A stretch of 64,000 nt of DNA from Eutreptiella sp. 'Long Island Sound 2002' (GCA_964036045.1 OZ038378.1:166036001-166100000), one strand, 5' to 3'; shown: positions 32,601 to 42,121, counted from the stretch's first letter. The notes: generated by a model from the letters alone, not told the origin. Program-made: numbers and translations.

Positions 32601-34527
32601 CGGCATCCCCAAAGGTCAGGTGCACGACTTCATGTACGGTTTTCATAGTATGGTGCTGCAAATTCTGCGGGCGCGGGCACACCGGGAAGATGTGCAGCTC
32701 TTTGACCAGCCTAAGGCGAAACAAGGCAGAGGGTACCCATTCTGGCAGTTCATCGGGCCGCTACCGCGGCCGGAGCACAGGGAGAAGCTGCGGATTCGCC
32801 AACCCACAGCTCAAGAGTGGCGGTGGGACTCAGACTTTCGTGACGATCTGCTACGATGGGTCAACGAGTTGGTCTGGATACCAGGGAAAGGGCAAGTCTC
32901 CTTCATGGAGCTGGCAATGGACTTTGAGTGCTTCGCGGCGCGCACCCTGCCGGCCTCACCCCAGGCTGTGTATCGGGCGACTGCCCTCCCGCTACCAGAA
33001 AGGGCAAGGGTCCTAAAGCTTGCCCTAGCGACCTTGCAAAAGTTGAGCGTGGCTGGGGCCGTGCTACCAGGTGGTGTGCTTACCAAATGCTCCTCCCTAG
33101 TCCCACTGGGGGCCCCCACAGTAGTGGGTGTGTCTGCGAGACCATACTTCACACGGCGCCCGGACATGCTGAAACTCCTACAAAACCTGCAAGAGTACTG
33201 TGAGCTGCGCTGGACGGCTGTGCTACAGGCACCACCCCCCTCACCGGACACGAGACGGAGAAATGCCCAGCGGGCCAAGGAACGGCGGGAAGCAACGGAG
33301 TCCAGCCCCAGCATCAGGGAGCGCATTCCCAAGCTCAAGTACACATCGTCTCTGCTGCCTGCTATGCACACCCCCAGGCATCTCACCGGCAGAGGAGGGG
33401 GTAAGAAGAGCACCACTTTGTTTGCGGCTGACTACTTTCCAGCACACCGCAACCCTGGAGCTCCCCCTACGCGGCCCTACCGGTTGCTCCGACCTGCCAA
33501 GCAGGCGGTCCCGCCTCCACCTGATGTAGCTGCAGTGGGCCCGAGTCACCAAGCGGCACTGCCGGCGGGGCGAGCGGCAGCGCCCAGCGATTTGTCTCAG
33601 CGCGTAGATGCGCTAACTCCCCCGGATGCACCTCTAGGATGGGCTCCGCCGTCGCCGTCGCCCCCGGTGCAGATGGAATACACCTCGGAGGAAGGGCCCT
33701 CTACCCCTGAGGTCTTCTCCTCGTCGTCCTCGTGGGAATCTGAGCCCATCAACACCGGGGGAAGCTACCGGCGAGCGACGGCGGGGCCCAGAAGCGGCCC
33801 AGCGCGGTCCTCACCGCCACACGCAGTGCCCCGCACACGCGCTCCCAGGGCCCGATCCGTTCACCGGTCAGGGAACCCGGCGCCGAGGAAGTCACGGCGT
33901 AGGGCACCACCTGCGCGGGTGCCCCGAGGGGTCAAAAGGCGGCAGTCGGTCACAGCACAGCCGGGGAGCCCACGGCGCAAGCGACCCCAGCTACAGCAAG
34001 GGGATGCGCGGTCACACACGGCCCTGGAGGCCCCGGACCGTCACGGGAGCCCAGCCGGAGCCCCCCTCCCCATGTCCAGGCATGCGCTCTCATACCTACA
34101 GCTCACGGGAGCTATCACTCCTGAGCGTGCGTCACGCATAGTGGTGGTAAGCACCCCAGAGGGGCAGCGCACCCCACTACCGACACGCAGCTCGGAGCAG
34201 CCTCCACACGAAAAGGGACGCGACATCCCCCCGGGGATAGCAAGGATGTTGCAGCAGATCCGGATGCCCCCGGCAAGGCCACAACCGCTACAGCCCCGAA
34301 GGGAACCACGGCCCAACGAGCGGACTTCACGCACCGCCGCCCTGCCCCCCGGTCCTCCGATGGGGTTCAACGTAACCAGCACCCCGTCTCCGCGGGTGCT
34401 GAGCAGGCCAGGGCAATTCTCGCCATCTCCGGCATGGTCGCCGGCGGTGACTTCCAGTTGGCACTCCGTGCGGCATGTGACCCCGGAGCATTGGTCGCCC
34501 GCATGCACACCAGGGGGGGGGGTCTAA
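26620..34527 (+). CDS. ORF2 polyprotein: ~660-aa leader, 2A-like peptide, APE endonuclease, RT, CCHC finger, C-terminal domain
   Basis: GDVHPNPGP at 28588-28614. APE motifs LINVT, LTETRL, VYG, TDAN, RIDGIL. RT motifs DYVKCFD, GVLQGCAMS, GYADD (31411-31422). Zinc knuckle CPYC..EDDEHILWAC. The frame is also open upstream to 24502. Confidence 0.9.
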   Translation: MLSVRAVALLRPRACTSRYKQPPCYARRTRPPRGKSSGFLLCMLCLLPRCSNRRQCCHTPALSARKCPPTELTREDAMRTARARSPEMMLPLPGLLPPRTCDCHLDCLFLMTGTMFYSMGRSHKRRRSDSSSEEGERQHRKRQQPQQHTHIHVHVHQPQQRHPDRSKRRSAHRERCRIQGETRRMESALQELNAQQATEVQAAREEQQSAAQYSDRAPLIPFQANLPRQRPRTPSYEQVMARPPLPSYDEVVGMSADEEEAEHGPSRSGLANPYSLEQLRDISAAVQMQPERPTVITDVLYKTGSYIALALEPHLALHHRDDWVRDWATDVGRQLGFDDAPEPDTVKQGTHAAPRNWRLRLRGRKPQGLTFGISSNAKYGVSQYAWASGAEWLISRIEAQTTAARPPSPPPEDEDAQPPAYAPRQEFVDQVRADLAWQMPERAVLSASADTCRYNTPLLTQTCLLTSSGSTRNGSCSEDTETSDDRDLKIRQGAPSPLHMRTLNPASDERASIAKTESSANHPAKPCARWERPPRHSAERQSVMARAARLLWTSRVSPPSSAAVPDAHRNASIHCHCYLRASLPDPSSMPNRLACPVPFRPLLLLLDQSDQNLTPTQPAHNLAQLVPPDQWAALHVRAHTRAHTHPHWRRDQILRCGDVHPNPGPTSLALINVTALRAHHHEVLDLHEDIVALTETRLTQGAQNAMAFMARQKGWQPFWGAPLLSKTGGIWGAAPGGAALLVREKWPAKQAQRDPGCTLSEELWNSGRWLHVIVTPADGKRPLNVIVVYGIPGDHKLNGKLWEAVLTQVAKLGNSPFLIATDANVQLDHYRCMPNLMMTELLSGRIVDVDLLHARTTGQDCQCSYHNGSIKQKPTRIDGILADAKTASAIMKVLPTERCPVPGHKPVTFTFNFKQSAQRVLKFVRLPPMIPAHLQKRKRDQIVKDVTEPYVAIWEKVLDNEASTADQLWDLWTWLAEETMLVLTMAPPPAVRTGICQLPLAPQELPRGRGTKKMLKTVELTPKRMTSSGLPCTAPTKEMSALLSALVPVMKWAASREQAVVPVMGPVPREVLNNWKAIRRRAHRILQLISKGQCVAEHQELLRTVMEAPESAPMNITDLVRLSDKIKMLSRRQLAQEEKKRHQDWREWIEETWTTSPGKVYQWIKEDKYTPTVLIQKEDGTLTGNVPEMDLVIHQKWDPIMRQHADPTLPEPETEPFWRKFGKYVEHHQMECQPITAERLCRQFKDMKRGRATGLDGGTVVDMRNMPWPLLHMLAQLLNWVESHGVWPEQLATGYIPLIPKGEGSEPLQLRPLSVLSAIYGAWSGIRLRDCLIWQEKWVHRNAFAFRPQKSALDAATLLAALIERAHLLKQALSGAGTDYVKCFDLIPQQISFRMAREFGLDPKPQAALEAMYQQLHRAFKINGALGSFFHATNGVLQGCAMSVLMINMLTTVWMRAVGELEGAISVTVHSLPPIPPKLEEPKELRYRRKPSPSTAVSRPRPPPAPSRCVMKTFGSGIDQFEYWEHSNPCTCGHGPPPPPQQSQPPHSSSEPAPERGGPVEEEMAASGESPPHSPVKLRGAQPQPQEAGTIQVGSMGYADDTYPLRSEGQYMAPVMQLTDEWLALTLQKVNPKKSLSIQVRQSKEIARKHTVLQGISLPLQAEFRSLGVGIRTSLTRGTGPLLKKRTSKGIHLLSRVRGAQGGFSRRTHIIATLVQAAALWGTPGAEVSRRDLQSLETAVLHSLWGTSRPGRAKEIIFVLLVQGHRVSPHMKTTYDRVCWLLAVARTPGTLQVVVQSCIEARQAQVRPTTSGPVQRALLELESLGWRQADHWRVWNVPGVPEEIDMTLINEDKFKHILRDSIRRRALLSLEDRRPRQFQGILGALDREACQVLLSEGTEFDKALLRGWLTGALWTAARAHARGLRATPLCPYCTRQQEEDDEHILWACPAWGIHRSGAWRSLMRTARALGLSDQISSWPTCLRICGLMPEHLSHGIPKGQVHDFMYGFHSMVLQILRARAHREDVQLFDQPKAKQGRGYPFWQFIGPLPRPEHREKLRIRQPTAQEWRWDSDFRDDLLRWVNELVWIPGKGQVSFMELAMDFECFAARTLPASPQAVYRATALPLPERARVLKLALATLQKLSVAGAVLPGGVLTKCSSLVPLGAPTVVGVSARPYFTRRPDMLKLLQNLQEYCELRWTAVLQAPPPSPDTRRRNAQRAKERREATESSPSIRERIPKLKYTSSLLPAMHTPRHLTGRGGGKKSTTLFAADYFPAHRNPGAPPTRPYRLLRPAKQAVPPPPDVAAVGPSHQAALPAGRAAAPSDLSQRVDALTPPDAPLGWAPPSPSPPVQMEYTSEEGPSTPEVFSSSSSWESEPINTGGSYRRATAGPRSGPARSSPPHAVPRTRAPRARSVHRSGNPAPRKSRRRAPPARVPRGVKRRQSVTAQPGSPRRKRPQLQQGDARSHTALEAPDRHGSPAGAPLPMSRHALSYLQLTGAITPERASRIVVVSTPEGQRTPLPTRSSEQPPHEKGRDIPPGIARMLQQIRMPPARPQPLQPRREPRPNERTSRTAALPPGPPMGFNVTSTPSPRVLSRPGQFSPSPAWSPAVTSSWHSVRHVTPEHWSPACTPGGGV

Positions 34528-35023
34528 CCGACAGCAGGATTCACCTCACCTGCCCCCTGTCCTGCTGGCGCCCCTATTTGAGAGCGCAATGTCTACCCCG
34601 CGAAGGGACAGCACTCAGAGTGCGTCTGATGAGGACGTGCAACAGTATGCCGTCCGGTGTTCAACCCCCCCCGATTTGCCCCCCACCCTGCTGGCTCCAC
34701 TTTTTGAGAGTGTGATGTCTGCCTCGCGAGCGGGCAGCACTCATCGTGAGTGCGATGAGGACATGGGTCAGTATGAAGTCCAGTACTCTACCCCACCCTC
34801 CGTGGGGGAGTGGCCCCCTAACCCTGTTACCTTTCCCTCTCTTCGCGGAGCACAGCGTCTCTGCACGGAATTGCCTGGCATGGCCCGACAGGGCCAGGGG
34901 TGGGTTCGTGACCCCCATGCACAACACTCCACCATGCTGTACAGCATGCAGGATGGTGCTCTGTCTTCCAACAGCGCGGAAGGGCTCATGAAGCATGGAC
35001 GGGCCTCACGTGAGGCAACCTAA
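34523..35023 (+). CDS. Probable C-terminal continuation of ORF2 after a one-base shift in a G10 run
   Basis: With one G fewer, ORF2 reads on as SNRQQDSPHLPPVLLAPLFESAMSTP..., which contains an amino-acid-level tandem repeat. Confidence 0.6.
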   Translation, partial: SNRQQDSPHLPPVLLAPLFESAMSTPRRDSTQSASDEDVQQYAVRCSTPPDLPPTLLAPLFESVMSASRAGSTHRECDEDMGQYEVQYSTPPSVGEWPPNPVTFPSLRGAQRLCTELPGMARQGQGWVRDPHAQHSTMLYSMQDGALSSNSAEGLMKHGRASREAT

Positions 35024-35160
35024 AGGACGGAGGGGGGAGCCTCTTCTCATACAGGGCGGCAGCTCTCCAGAAACCCGCGCGACTTGCCCCTTGGGTGAGT
35101 TTGGGGGCTGGAATGGGTAGAAGCCCCATGGACTATTGCTCCTTAATATGATTTCCTTCC

Positions 35161-35178
35161 TGATGGTGCCTGTTCCAA
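35161..35178 (+). repeat. Target-site duplication, 3' copy
   Basis: Exact 18-bp match to 24405-24422. Confidence 0.75.
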
Positions 35179-35995
35179 TTTTGTTTTGGCTGTACGTATT
35201 CGCTCATTCCCGACAAGGCTGGGTAGGACTGGCAATTGCGGCTAACTGGCAACTGTTTTGCATGCTTGCCTTCTAAGGATGGACAATCACGGACCGAAAT
35301 ATAGTTCACCTAGGAGAACTAGAGTTCAGTGCACTAGTGCACTGTAGAGTTTCTCCCAGGATAGCCAAAACCTGAGTTGCTTTGCTGTTTTTGCCTTTGC
35401 CCCAAATGGGTTGACTGTGTGTACATTGTCTCAGTATTTGTTGTCTTTTGTTTTGGGGATGGATGGACCCACCCACTCAGCCCAAGAACAACATTGGGTG
35501 ATTCGTATCTTTTGCTGCGGTGTGACTGCTATGGGTGGTGACTGAACGCCACTGCTTGGCTAGGCAGGATTGGCAATTGTGGCACTTGCAGCTTGTTTTG
35601 CATGCTTTCCTTCCGAGGAGGGACGATCACGGACTGAACATCCTCAAGCCGGACAAGTGTATAGGCCTAATAAGGGGGGCAGGTACTATTGGATGCAACA
35701 CGTGCATGTGCCACCTTCACACTCAACCTTGTACTGTGAATTCATGTGGCCCCAAAGTAGCATAACTGTAGTTCTGCAGGAACGAAAGTTCCGTGTGCTG
35801 GCGTGGGTGTGCGCCGGGAGTCGCGGGTGTGCACATATGCCTGCTGGGGAACACCTCGTGGCTGAAAATCTAGAGCTACCGGACAAGGCACGGTCAAAGC
35901 TACTCCAAACGCCCGAGTACGCAGAGAACATACCGGAGGAGCACCGCAGCAACGTACTCACAGTGGGATACTCAGTCTAGGTCACGTCAAACCAA

Positions 35996-37213
35996 TTGAC
36001 TACCACGCGAGGTGCCGTCTTATTTAAGCAGCTGCTCAATGTGCACATTGTGTCCAGCACGTTTCAGTACTATCGCGATTGCTTCCTCTTTGCCCAAAGT
36101 GTTGCCTGGGACGTGGACGTGCAACGCTTCGATCTCGATGCGGAGCAAAGCCAAGCTGCCTTCAACTATGTGGACATCATGAAGAGAGCGCGCGCAGTGA
36201 GCCCGAGCCAAGCAGGTCCACAGCACGGTGTGCGGGTGATGCCGCCGCGTGGCGGAGGGGGCGTGCAGTCGACAACACAATGGGCCCCTAACACGTTGGG
36301 GGACGCGCCGGGGCAGCCCTCCACGCCGCGATCGCCGGAGCCGGAAGACAAATACGCCCTCAGCAAGAAAAATCTCAAGGCGCTTCGGAAGCGGGCGGTG
36401 TCGCGCTGGGCGCCGAAGTTGTGCAGAATACTGGAGGGGTATCTCGGGGCGATCCATACTCCCAGGAGCAGCCATTCAGGCGGTTCGATGGACACGGCGA
36501 TGCTCATTCAAGAGAAAGACCCTGGGCCGCACTGGGATTTGAAGAAACACAGCCCAGTCAAGCCCAGTCAGTTTGTTAGCGCATGGTATGGTAAGGTCAA
36601 GCCTAGGGTGTGTACGCCAAATCCCACCCCACAAGTGTTGCAACAACAGGTAATGTATCAACCTCGGAAGCAAAAGCGTGCAAAAGGCAAGGCACCTACC
36701 ACGGCGACACAAGAAGATGACAAGGAGTATCACAAGATTCTACGACACCAAGATTCATACCATACCAAGGTGAAGGCGTTAAAATACCTTGAGTTCACCC
36801 AAGATACGATCGGGCATCAAAAAGTGATGGAGAGATTGTCCGCACCTAGGATTAAGTACCAAACCACTAGAATGATGCAGGAGGCACAGGACATGCACAA
36901 CAGTGGGTGCCAAAGTGTTCTCAGAGACCGGCACTATGACGGTATTTGGTATAGGAGGATGGGTAAGTGGCTGCATTATATGGAAAAGATATGCCAGGAG
37001 TGGCTACATGAGGTGGACCTATCATATCATATCTTGGGTCTATGGCACGCACTTATCCAAAAGGGCTTGCAACGGCGCGAGGAAGCACCACACAACACCA
37101 CCTGCTCACCGCCACGGGCCAAACGGACATGTACCACTAGGAGGATAACAGGGAATCAGAGCATCACCGGACTCACCCATGCACATCCCTGTAGCAAAGA
37201 AAATTTGTCATAA
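35996..37213 (+). CDS. Orphan ORF (405 aa) of unknown function; the frame is open further upstream apart from one TAG at 35978
   Basis: Long open frame with a protein-like composition; no recognised motif. Confidence 0.35.
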   Translation: MTTTRGAVLFKQLLNVHIVSSTFQYYRDCFLFAQSVAWDVDVQRFDLDAEQSQAAFNYVDIMKRARAVSPSQAGPQHGVRVMPPRGGGGVQSTTQWAPNTLGDAPGQPSTPRSPEPEDKYALSKKNLKALRKRAVSRWAPKLCRILEGYLGAIHTPRSSHSGGSMDTAMLIQEKDPGPHWDLKKHSPVKPSQFVSAWYGKVKPRVCTPNPTPQVLQQQVMYQPRKQKRAKGKAPTTATQEDDKEYHKILRHQDSYHTKVKALKYLEFTQDTIGHQKVMERLSAPRIKYQTTRMMQEAQDMHNSGCQSVLRDRHYDGIWYRRMGKWLHYMEKICQEWLHEVDLSYHILGLWHALIQKGLQRREEAPHNTTCSPPRAKRTCTTRRITGNQSITGLTHAHPCSKENLS

Positions 37214-37438
37214 GTGAGAAGACGAGGGCCACCCCAGGTCGCTCTGCGGGTATACTCAAGGTAGGAATATAAGTTGCTCCTTCTTTGTCAACCTTGACCC
37301 CTGTCCTTGACAGGGAAAGAAGCTATGGTATGTTCAGAGAGTGTACTTAGATCCCGAGATTGACTCGTACTGCTGCACAACTATTGCAGAACTATTGCAG
37401 CTTCGTAAAAAAAAAAAGACCATGGGCTGCACTAGGAT

Positions 37439-38122
37439 TTGGCGACAGCGGTGTGGCGCACCCTGCTAAAATGTGACAATGACACTAAAGGTGTGCTCAA
37501 GGACAAAGCCAAACAGGCGCGTCGCAAGGAGAAAAAGGCCCGCAAGAAGTCCAAGCGGCAGGCCACGGGCAAGCTCAAAAGCTCCAGCCAAGGGGGTTCC
37601 TCCAGCGATAGTGATACATCGTCGTCCGGGTCCTCAACGAGCAGTTCTTCGTCGTCTTCGGTGGAGGCGTCCTCCTTGTTCCGCGGCAATCCAGCTCGAG
37701 CTATTACAAGATCTCCGAGGAAACGAAGGACACAGCGGCAGCACCTCCCCTTCATTTACGTGAAAGGGGTGCCCCACTTTCGCTCCAAAACGACGGGGGA
37801 CCTTGTGAATGCCGGAGAGCCGCCGAACACGCCGTGCCGTTCCTGCCAAAACTGCCATTGGTACTGGCAAGATGCTGTTGTAAAGGTGCAGGGCTGCGCA
37901 AAAAGTGAAGCGGAGATCCCGCCGTTCGTAGGTCGCGAGCAGAGCCGTGCCGAGAAGCAGGAAGGCGGGGAAATGATACATGGGCACGGTATGAGTGTGC
38001 GTTGCAAGCAGCAGGGCAGCGGTCGACGGGAAGGACATCGTCGCCAACACCCGATTGCGAGAGCGACACAGGAGTACACACACATGACGCAATCTGCATG
38101 GTTGACGCTGTGCGACATCTAG
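37439..38122 (+). pseudogene. gag-like ORF of the YR element
   Basis: Basic and Ser-rich tracts followed by a Cys/His knuckle (PCRSCQNCHWYW). Confidence 0.55.
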
Positions 38123-39368
38123 AGCAAGCGGTTGCGGCAGGGTATGGGGGCTCGTATGCAGCCACGGCATTGCAAGCCTTCGCCAACGAGACGCAGCACG
38201 GATACAGACGGGAGCTGCGGCGCTACGCAGCGCGCATTCGAAAACAGCCGGGGGCTAGCACGCGCGAGTCCCTCGACGATCACATACTGCACCTTGTGCA
38301 AACCACGTCCTCCGAGTCATCCATCAAAAGGCTCATCAGCGATGTCAAGATCCTCGAAAAGCTCAGGTGCAACCAACGATCAGCGCAGGAGACCGGCTGG
38401 TCGTGCAGGGCATCGTAAAGTTCCAGCAAAAAATTGGCAATATCCCTGCCAAGACGTGGGCCTCTGTGCGCAACTTCGCAGCAATGTGCAGGCTAGCAAG
38501 TGCTCCGGCGGAATGGGAGCTGTGCGCTATGTCGGCGTTCAACATCTCCTTCGGATTGCGGGTAGTCGAGGCCCTATCAGTTGCATATGACGGGGAGAGA
38601 GTCACTTTCATGGGGGCAAAAGGAAGGTCAGGGATGTAGTACGAGATACCAGGGTCGTGGGCCCGCCAATGGGGAGAGCTCCTTCGAATGCCGCGGGCAC
38701 GTCACGGGTACCCACCAGGAAGGTCAGCGTGGTTCACTTTACAGGCAGCGCTTCATAAGGGGTTCAAAGAGTTGGTCGAGAAGCCAGAGTTGGAGTGCAA
38801 ATTGCTGAGATGGCATTCGTGGAGGCCCTACGCCCTTGCTCAGCTGCGGCTGCTCGGGGCACCCACGAACAGCTTGCTGCGATGGGGAGGCTGGGCGTCC
38901 CCCATTATGCTCAAAATCTAACCGTACCCCCCTACTAGTTGGCAGTTTGTGCACGGTTGGCCGCTCCTTGTGGCAAAAATCGATGAGCAATCAGCGGTGT
39001 CGTTCTTGGAGCGACCAAGAACTACGCTACAGCTGTGGGCGCCATGCCTACGAGCTGACATGGCGCTGGGGTTGGAGAGGCAAGAGGATTCTCAGCGATC
39101 TGCTCGGGCATTGGCACCTGCGGCACCCGGTACACAGCGGAAAAGAACGAGGCCACAGCCGGCGGCGGCAGCACGAAAGGCAGATTTTAATCTGAGCGGC
39201 GCCTTGGCCTCGGTCGCAGAGAAAGTGGCTCAGATGGAGGGAATAAAGCGGGGTAGAAGTGACATGGTCCGGGGGGCCCTGCTGGATATGTTCGACACCC
39301 TAAGGCATATGCGGGGGGGGCAGTGCGGGGGTGCGCACCATGCTGCGTGCGCTAGAGTTGGTTCTTGA
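38002..39368 (+). pseudogene. Tyrosine recombinase, disrupted by one frameshift and stops at 38637 and 38919
   Basis: R box (FGLRVVEA), HxxR box (HSWR), W box (WGGWAS). TAA at 38919-38921 sits where the catalytic Tyr is expected. Confidence 0.75.
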
Positions 39369-39498
39369 CTCGGGGCTCGGCGAGCATGAGGAGCAGCTGT
39401 ATGACCGTCCGTGTCCCCCCACCAGGCAGGCGAAGTTCCAACGCCTGCCGGCAGAGGATATGGCCAGGGCAGGGTTAGGCAAAGCAGGGTGAGTATCT

Positions 39499-39870
39499 GT
39501 GGCAGCCTCCACCTGGAGGCGCTGCGTGCCCGATAATTTGCTTGACGTCCACCTCCGCCACTTCTCTTTTGACAAGGAATTCCCCTGCTCCCAATCACGC
39601 TCTCAGGAGATTCTCGGCAAAATGCTTCAGGCAGTGCGGGTGAATGCGTCAAGTTTTCGGTCAACGTCGCGCCCGCCCACTGCCACAGCGTTTTTGCAGT
39701 ACAAAAACAAAACTAAATGTCGTCTGTTGCTTAATGCTAGGGCAATCAACGCAGCGGACAGGCGGAGTCCGCCTTGGATCAGTCTCCCATCCCTGCGTGA
39801 CTTCTCTGATAGGCTTGGGAAACCAGGGGGGAAGGGCCTCTGGATGGCGAAATTGGACCTCACCAACGCC
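39499..39870 (+). pseudogene. N-terminal RT fragment of the YR element
   Basis: RLLLNARAIN...PPWISLPSL...WMAKLDLTNA; homology ends after motif A. Confidence 0.65.
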
Positions 39871-41309
39871 GGGAGTCGCGTGTATGCACACATGCCTGCG
39901 CTTTTATTTGTGCTCCCTTCACTGAATTTCCACCCGCCCACCCACCCTGGTCCCGTCTTGGTCCATACTCACGCGGTCCGGGTATCGCACAATTTAGTAT
40001 TGGATGTTCTACGGAACTCGTGCTGAGGATTTGTGCAGAAGAAGAAGTGTACAGAAGATGAATTCCCCGGATTGCAGTGTGCTCGTGACATGCATGTGTG
40101 ATGCCTCGGGGATTGTGGGGAGACAGTGCGCACGCCCAGCGGCAGCAACGGAACAAGAATGTTGCATGTTTGGGCCCAAAGCCCGCAAGAACCGCTTACC
40201 TGTGGGGTTGGCATAAGGATAGGCTTGTCTTTGCATGGAGTGCTGTCCCATGCCTCGTACTTGCGCAAAGGGGAGGGGTGGCATAATGAGGCAGTGGCCT
40301 ACCTTGGACAAGGTGGGGGAGTGTTTGCCCGGCATGCACCAGGCATGCTACTGATGTACCAAGTATCCCAACTTTAGCCCCAGTTTTACCCTCCCCTCGA
40401 GAAGCCCCCCAAGCAGACCGGGATCAACACCGAACCCTTCTTCGTTTAGTTGCCCTAAGTTTGGAGTGCATGGGCACGCAGGGGATGTCCAGCCAGAAGG
40501 GTGGGTTGACTCCCCTTGGGCGCCTCCAGCAAGCGGGGATGTGCACATTTCGTGCTCTTTGGTCTCACCCAGATGCATTACAGCCCTCTTTCAGATGTGT
40601 CCACCCACAGTTGTGACATCACCAGATCTTTTCAGACTGTTTCTCCTGTGTCTTTTTTGCACTCAGACCTTTCTCTACTGTCTGAAGTGCAGTTGCCTCT
40701 CCTGAGGTGCCGTAGCTCTTCCACGTCTTGGAGTAATACAGAGCTTTGATTTCTCGAGATTAGTAGGGATCATACAGGTTCCAGCTGAATTCGTAGGACG
40801 TTTCAAGCCCACTGAGGGCACAGGGGTTCTTCAGAAACAGGCCAGCATAGACAGTTTCGTATCTGTGTTTATAGACCTCGAGCTGTATCATAGCGGTGCT
40901 TGGCTTGGTTTCACATGCACTTAGATATTGGCTGGAATTGCCTGGGCAGGGGTATCCAATATCTTGCTACGGACTATGATTGTGCCCCTGACCCCTTGCA
41001 GCGACACCGCATCATGGTGTGCAGCATGATGACAAACTCACTGGGAGGTGGGGAGGCCAAAGAGGGCCATGGCTGAGCAGCCAAGGAGCTTTGAGGTTTT
41101 GTACTGAGGGTGAATCTTGCTCTGTCGGCAAAGGGGCATCTTCTTCCACGTCTCCCAACCAGGGTGGCATGGGAGGGGAATCACATGCCTGGCTGCCCAA
41201 GGGCTATGCTCCTTGATATGCATTCCTTCCTTCTTGGGAAAGCATGTTCCAAAAGTAGTGGGCAGTGCAGGGATTTCCTTTCAGTAGACCGGAACACGCG
41301 TCCCAACAA

Positions 41310-41525
41310 AAGTCTGTGCGAAAGTTTTGCCCACCATTTTCCCAGCGTTTTCACGGATTTCTGCAGCATATTTTGGCAAGTTCTCTGGTTCACCCTTCCC
41401 GTATTGACATTTGTTGGCTGGTGGGCTTCAGACTGTTTGTGATGGAAATGCCTCATGCTGCTGTTGAGCTGACACCACCACAGGTCAAAACACAGTGCAA
41501 CACGTAATTTGACATGTGTACAGAA
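41310..41525 (+). repeat. 216-bp direct repeat, copy 1
   Basis: Matches 45452-45667 with only two mismatches seen. Confidence 0.9.
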
Positions 41526-41683
41526 TTTCAATTGACGGTGGTTTGCAGTGTTTTTCTCAGTGGATGCGAATCACTGGGATGTCTGTTTCCTGTTGTTAAC
41601 GCCGCCCTCAGCAGCTCCACAATTGCAATGCAATTCTGATGTTTTGCATCACAGGGACCAGCAGTCTTTTGTGGCTGCATCGC

Positions 41684-42121
41684 ATGCATGGAACACCCCG
41701 AGCTACACCTCCCACATGGTGGTGTGCCACCTCGGGAGTCGCTGCAGGGATTGTGTCCACCGTTGCGACCAACCCCCTGGATGTCGTGCGTGCGCGCTTG
41801 CAGGCCTCCCGCCAGGGAAGCCGGTTCGTTGGGGGCAAGAGCCTGAGACAGACTGTGTACCGGATGTACCTGGATGGCTTCCAGCGTGGGTACATGTGTG
41901 GTATTGTGCCCAATCTTGCTGCAAGCATCCCCGCCACCACAATCTACCTCACTTCCTACACCCAACTCAAGGGGCTGCTGTGCGCCGCCGGCACCTCCAA
42001 CGACGACCTCCTTAACGCGGGCTCGGCGTTTGGCGCCGTGTGCTGCACAACGTCACTGCTGAACCCACTGTTCGTCATACGGCTGCGCATCCAGCTCTCC
42101 CCTGGGCACTCCATGACGCAG
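41684..42121 (+). CDS. SLC25 mitochondrial carrier, exon 1 (Rim2/SLC25A33/36- or folate-carrier-like)
   Basis: Carrier signatures NPLDVVRARLQ and NPLFVIRLRIQ; donor CAG|gtgtgg at 42122, phase 0. Confidence 0.85.

Larger units (their letters stand above)
24423..35160 (+). mobile_element. Full-length APE-type non-LTR retrotransposon (about 10.7 kb)
   Basis: ORF1 plus ORF2 (APE, RT, CCHC zinc knuckle), a short TTCCTTCC 3' tail, and an 18-bp flanking direct repeat. Confidence 0.9.
37423..39870 (+). mobile_element. Degenerate tyrosine-recombinase retrotransposon with gag-YR-RT order (TATE/VIPER-like), 3'-truncated
   Basis: Gag-like ORF with PCRSC..HWYW. YR motifs SFGLRVVEA, HSWR and WGGWAS. RT N-terminus AFLQYKNKTKCRLLLN...WMAKLDLTNA. 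Confidence 0.75.

Noticed and set aside
34625-34670. Hammerhead-like CTGATGA-GGAC...GTCC
   Set aside because: It is followed by GGTG rather than GAAA, and is explained by SDEDV codons.
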